From contig JBDKUT010000131.1 of the NCBI GenBank assembly GCA_039679545.1, positions 1 through 19,442 of the forward strand: a stretch of 19,442 bases of DNA, in the 5' to 3' direction. This DNA comes from Thermotogota bacterium. GTDB lineage: Bacteria > Bipolaricaulota > Bipolaricaulia > UBA7950 > UBA9294. The notes under the pieces were generated by a model. It did no database searches, had not been told where the DNA came from, and saw only the letters and a list, made by a program, of their open reading frames with translations. Numbering within the stretch: the stretch's first letter is position 1; every line of letters starts with the position of its first letter. The position numbers and the translations under genes were made by a program. Positions 15,674 to 19,442 of this stretch are shown here, in pieces.

Positions 15674-16546
15674 GTGAGCAGAGTGTTTGGAGCCCTGATC
15701 CTGATCGTCGCTCTGGGGACGGCTGCCGTTGAGGCATGCAGCGGCGTCGTCCTTGTCGGCGACGGGGCGGTCGTCGTCGGGGGCAACGAGGACAACGACA
15801 AGATCGAGGCCTCGATGTGGGCTACCGCGGCAACCGAATCAGCGCACGGCGCCGTGTACTTCGGCTTCTACTTCGTCGGCCTCGGAGGCCGCTTCCCCGG
15901 CTGGTACGAGATGCAGGGCGTGAATGACCAGGGACTCTACTTCGACCTGTTCAGCATCCCCTGCGCCCCCGGAGCCGAGTCCGCTCCATCGCCCGGGCTG
16001 CCCACCCCCGGACGCCCGGCGCCGGAGGCGCTCGAGCGCACGATGATGACGACGTGCGCCACCGTCGCCGAGGCCCTCGCGTTCCTTCACGCAAGGAACT
16101 ACACGAGGATCGTCCCGTGCGTCCAAGTCCTTCTCGCCGACCGTGCCGGGAACGCCGCGGTCTACACTGGAACAGGCGATGTCTTTCGGACAACGCCGGG
16201 CTTCGTCGTGACGAACTTCAGCTTGACGAATCCCTCTCTTGGTGAATGGCCGTGCGAGCGGTATACGCTCGCCACGCGGATGATCACGTGGGACGCCAGC
16301 CCAACGCTTGAACGCGTAGCGCAGATCATGAGGGCAACGCGCTACATCCCCGAGCGCGGAAGGACGACAGCGGAAGGGGGGACCCGCTACACCGTGGCCT
16401 GCGATCTTGTCGGGGGCGTTGCGGATGTGTACCTCAACGCGGACTTCACCCTTCGCTCTCGTTTGGACCTCGCGCCTCTGTGGGCCACGGGGCGCGACCG
16501 CATACTTCTGACGGAGTTGTCGTTTGTGCCGAGCGAGCTTCGCTAG
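15674..16546 (+). CDS. Secreted Ntn-hydrolase (choloylglycine hydrolase / peptidase C45-like)
   Basis: SD GGAGGT before GTG 15674. The signal peptide ends VEA|C, exposing the N-terminal Cys (CSGVV..GGNED). Also GVNDQGL, CATVAEA, LADRAGNA, VVTNF, CERY and TRYT. Confidence 0.85.
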   Translation: MSRVFGALILIVALGTAAVEACSGVVLVGDGAVVVGGNEDNDKIEASMWATAATESAHGAVYFGFYFVGLGGRFPGWYEMQGVNDQGLYFDLFSIPCAPGAESAPSPGLPTPGRPAPEALERTMMTTCATVAEALAFLHARNYTRIVPCVQVLLADRAGNAAVYTGTGDVFRTTPGFVVTNFSLTNPSLGEWPCERYTLATRMITWDASPTLERVAQIMRATRYIPERGRTTAEGGTRYTVACDLVGGVADVYLNADFTLRSRLDLAPLWATGRDRILLTELSFVPSELR

Positions 16547-16592
16547 GGGGCGTTCGCTCGACAAACATCTTCGGCCACAAGCAGGTAGACCG

Positions 16593-16642
16593 CTCGCCAG
16601 CCCGGCGGGCGGCCCGAGGAAAGCCTCGGCCTCTCTGGCGGG
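16593..16642. terminator. Hairpin between convergent genes
   Basis: CCGAGG-AAAG-CCTCGG (16614-16629) enclosed by CGCCAG (16595-16600) / CTGGCG (16635-16640). No U-tract. Confidence 0.4.
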
Positions 16643-16644
16643 AG

Positions 16645-16848
16645 CTAGTCGCCTCCTCCGAGCCCCTTGAGGAGTCCCTTGGCCTTGTCCGCAAGGCCAC
16701 CGCTGCCGCTCAGCACGGAGTCGATCTGCGATGCGAGCGGAGCCGGCAGCTTCTTCTTGAGAAACCCCGCCACAAGCTCCACAGCGATCTTCGCCTTGTC
16801 CTCAGTCACGCCAAGCTTCGACGCCACAAGCTTCACCAACTCGTCCAT
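16645..16848 (-). CDS. Small conserved helical protein (DUF2267/DUF937-like)
   Basis: SD GGAGG. MDELVKLVASKLGVTEDKAKIAVELVAGFLKKKLPAPLASQIDSVL plus a Gly-rich tail. Confidence 0.85.
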   Translation of the reverse strand: MDELVKLVASKLGVTEDKAKIAVELVAGFLKKKLPAPLASQIDSVLSGSGGLADKAKGLLKGLGGGD

Positions 16849-16897
16849 TGACACCCGCCTCCCAACCGCCATCCTCGTTCGATCCTGGATGCCCAAC

Positions 16898-16906
16898 AGC
16901 ATACCA
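16898..16906 (-). promoter_or_regulatory. Extended -10 element for the 16848(-) gene
   Basis: TG-G-TATGCT about 50 nt upstream of the ATG. Confidence 0.45.
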
Positions 16907-16922
16907 CACGGCCACGTGCGAC

Positions 16923-17867
16923 CTACCTCGGCGGGGCGAAGTACGGAGTGATCGGGAAGTAGAGGTGGACGCCGGGCGACCCGAACCCGAGGTCAATGTA
17001 GTCCGTGCCGGGCTCTTTGTCCGACACGCTCGTCCAAACGTTGTAGATCATGTCGCGGAACGCGGCGACGGCCCGCTCGGTCGGGGGCGGAACAAAGACC
17101 GCGAGAGGCACACCCGTGCTTCGATCCGTGAGGTCGTGGAACGTGACCACGTACCGCTTTTCGGCCGTCGCCTCTTGAGCCACGGCCACCTGAAGCGCGG
17201 CGTCCGGGACAAGCAGGATCCGACCCACGGTGGAGTCAAGGAACCGCGTGACGGATTCGCCGATCCAGTCCCGGAAGTACGAGAGCGATGCGGTGACCTT
17301 CAATGTTCCCCGGTACACGACCGTCCCAGGGTTTCCAATCGTCACCTTCGCGCCGCCGGCCGCGTCGTACTCGGCCTTCACCTCCAAGGGAAGCGCCATG
17401 CGAACGGGAGCGAAGAAGAACGCCACGTTGGAGGAAGATTCCGAGGCGAGCTCCGAGGGCGCCGATCCTCCCGTCTCGACGTTGAACGTCGCCACGGCCT
17501 TCTCTTCGTCGACCCACATCACGTAGACGAAGATCTTGTCTCCTTCCGCCACAAGTCGCGCCGGGAGGGTCAGCTTGAGCTCTTCGTATGCCTCGAACGC
17601 AACCTGAACGTCGGCGTCCTCGAGCGTCGAGTGAGCTCCGGAGGGGAATACGATCGCGTCGTTCACAGTGTCCCGCACGATCTCCCACTTCCCTTCGTTC
17701 ACGACGTAGAAGGTCGACAACAGGTAGCCGGTCGCCGCAACGTCGTCGATGTCGTAGACACGAATGACGTAGGCGTCGCCGCTCCAGCGATGATCGACCG
17801 TCGCAGCACCGGCCACGACGCACACCGCTAGGAGAACCCCGGCTACGCCCATCCAGGCTCTGTTCAT
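16923..17867 (-). CDS. Secreted beta-rich hypothetical protein
   Basis: SD GGAGGTG before ATG 17867. Signal peptide MNRAWMGVAGVLLAVCVVAGA|A. No family recognised. Confidence 0.8.
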   Translation of the reverse strand: MNRAWMGVAGVLLAVCVVAGAATVDHRWSGDAYVIRVYDIDDVAATGYLLSTFYVVNEGKWEIVRDTVNDAIVFPSGAHSTLEDADVQVAFEAYEELKLTLPARLVAEGDKIFVYVMWVDEEKAVATFNVETGGSAPSELASESSSNVAFFFAPVRMALPLEVKAEYDAAGGAKVTIGNPGTVVYRGTLKVTASLSYFRDWIGESVTRFLDSTVGRILLVPDAALQVAVAQEATAEKRYVVTFHDLTDRSTGVPLAVFVPPPTERAVAAFRDMIYNVWTSVSDKEPGTDYIDLGFGSPGVHLYFPITPYFAPPR

Positions 17868-17970
17868 GGTCACCTCCGTCCGCACGGCAGCCATCGTAGC
17901 GGCAAGGGACGTCGGGAAGAAGCCGCTGCTTGACCTGGTCGAACGGCTACGACGGCACGGCGGCCTCGGA

Positions 17971-17999
17971 TTGTCCTACGCGTCCGCTGTGGCTACCCT
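17971..17999 (+). promoter_or_regulatory. Possible sigma70-type promoter for the 18031(+) gene
   Basis: TTGTCC, 17 nt, TACCCT. Confidence 0.4.
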
Positions 18000-18030
18000 C
18001 GTAGATAGCGGTGTTCTGGGAGGCGAAACC

Positions 18031-19442
18031 ATGCCAAGATTGGAGCTGCGAAACGTAGGAAGAACTGCGCTCGTCCTGTTCGGGACAGCGATCGCGTTCG
18101 CCGGCGCCGCCCTGGGGAGCGGCGAGCCCGCGACACTGACGTCGTGGACGGTGCCCACGCCGGGCAGCACCCCCGGCGGAATCGTCGTGGCGGACGGGAG
18201 CGTGTACTTCGCGGAGGCCCACGGAAACAAGCTTGCTCGCCTCGATCCCGCGACGAACCTCTTCACAGAGTGGGATGTGGGGCTCGGACCCGAGCGCCTC
18301 GTCATCGGACCCGAAGGCGGCATCTACTTCACCGAGCGATGGGCAGACCAGATTGGTCGCATTCTGCCCGGAGGCGATTTCTACACGTCGGAGAGCGTCG
18401 GAACCGCGGGATCAGAACCGCTCGGCTTGGTGATCGATCCGTCAGGATCGCCTTCGCTGTGGTACACGGAACGTGGAGCGTCGAAGGTCGGACGAGTGAC
18501 CCTCGGAGGTCTCCTGTTCGACGTTCTTCAGGGTAGGATTCCGGCGGTGCAGCCTGTGATCCCAGCGACGGCGGCCCTCCCACCTACAACAACAACCCTC
18601 ACGCCCTACGTCACCCCGGGCAACCCGTTCTTGCCGCCTGGGATCGCCGTCGCACCGCGCACGACCACGGGGCCGTTCGCGGAGTGGAGCTTCCCGAGCG
18701 ACTCGATGCATCCCCGCGACCTCACGTTCGCGCCGAGCGGCTCCATCTTCGTGTCCACGGAGACGAGGAGCATCCTGGAGCTCAGCCCTTCGTCCAACAC
18801 GGTCCTATTCCACGACCTGCCGATCACCTCGTCGTCGTCGCGCCTGGCGATAGACTCGAGCGGCCGCGTCTGGTTCACGGAGAGCTGGAACGGAAAGGTT
18901 GGACGGCTGAATCCGACTACGGGAGAGGTTGCGGAGTGGGCGATGCCGGGCTCGCAGCCACTGGCCATCGCCGTCGCCGCAGACGATACGGTGTGGTACA
19001 CCGACCGCGTCCGCAGCCGAATCGCCCATCTCGATCCCGCGGCCGGGGTGTTGACGGAGTACCCGCTCTCCCCCGGCTCGAACCCGGTCGACATCGTTCT
19101 TGGCTCGCTCGATCAGATCTGGTTCACGACGGAGGCGAACTGGGTCGGCCGGCTCAGGATTGAGCCTACGCTCGCGCTGCCGCACTTCGCCGACGCCATC
19201 TTCGGCATTCATGTCACCGCCGTGTCAACCACCGGAGCCCGCGTCACCGTCAACTACCTCTATTCGGGGAGCCACGGTCTTCCTGTCTTCGCCGGCGGAC
19301 TTCCCGTCGTAGGAGGCATCCAGTCGACAGCCTTCGGCTACGTCCCGACAGTCATCGCAACAGCGGGATCCGGGAACATCTCGTTCGACATCTCCTACCT
19401 TGGCACGGGGTGTACAACGACCGACGGCATAGAGGTCTACCT
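18031..19442 (+). CDS. Secreted Vgb/NHL-like beta-propeller protein with C-terminal beta-rich domain (partial)
   Basis: Not in the ORF track because there is no stop in the window. SD GGAGG, ATG 18031, signal peptide. Repeats such as PGGIVVADGSVYFAEAHGNKLARLDP, LAIDSSGRVWFTESWNGKVGRLNP and PLAIAVAADDTVWYTDRVRSRIAHLDP. Confidence 0.9.
   Translation, partial: MPRLELRNVGRTALVLFGTAIAFAGAALGSGEPATLTSWTVPTPGSTPGGIVVADGSVYFAEAHGNKLARLDPATNLFTEWDVGLGPERLVIGPEGGIYFTERWADQIGRILPGGDFYTSESVGTAGSEPLGLVIDPSGSPSLWYTERGASKVGRVTLGGLLFDVLQGRIPAVQPVIPATAALPPTTTTLTPYVTPGNPFLPPGIAVAPRTTTGPFAEWSFPSDSMHPRDLTFAPSGSIFVSTETRSILELSPSSNTVLFHDLPITSSSSRLAIDSSGRVWFTESWNGKVGRLNPTTGEVAEWAMPGSQPLAIAVAADDTVWYTDRVRSRIAHLDPAAGVLTEYPLSPGSNPVDIVLGSLDQIWFTTEANWVGRLRIEPTLALPHFADAIFGIHVTAVSTTGARVTVNYLYSGSHGLPVFAGGLPVVGGIQSTAFGYVPTVIATAGSGNISFDISYLGTGCTTTDGIEVY

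Noticed and set aside
13840..16642. Two GAAAG-loop hairpins (13840-13883, 16614-16629) as a REP-like repeat family
   Set aside because: The stem sequences differ and there are only two instances, both explained by convergent gene ends.
1..19442. CRISPR arrays, tRNA/rRNA genes, transposases, integrases, defence genes
   Set aside because: No spaced direct repeats, cloverleafs or corresponding protein motifs were seen.

Overview
A gene-dense, GC-rich bacterial chromosomal segment with about 19 protein-coding genes and no rRNA, tRNA, CRISPR array or mobile element that I can see. Two genes run off the window ends and are missing from the supplied ORF track: a secreted protein at <1-223 (-) and a secreted Vgb-like beta-propeller at 18031->19442 (+). 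The window encodes a 5'-nucleotidase, a flavin reductase, an archaeal-type cysteate synthase divergent from a sulfite-oxidase-like molybdoenzyme, a lipase, a signal peptidase I with a PDZ-like insertion, and a Na+/solute symporter with a fused C-terminal membrane module. It also encodes a tandem HEXXH metallopeptidase and pseudopeptidase pair, a lipoprotein, a tandem GNAT, oligoribonuclease, an LpqC-like esterase and an Ntn-hydrolase. The most striking non-coding signal lies upstream of the GNAT: a 16-codon leader peptide plus two mutually exclusive RNA folds, one of which buries the GNAT Shine-Dalgarno in a perfect 10-bp helix. This is a candidate translational attenuator. The first gene is reminiscent of Bipolaricaulota surface proteins, but that taxonomic guess is from memory and unverified.
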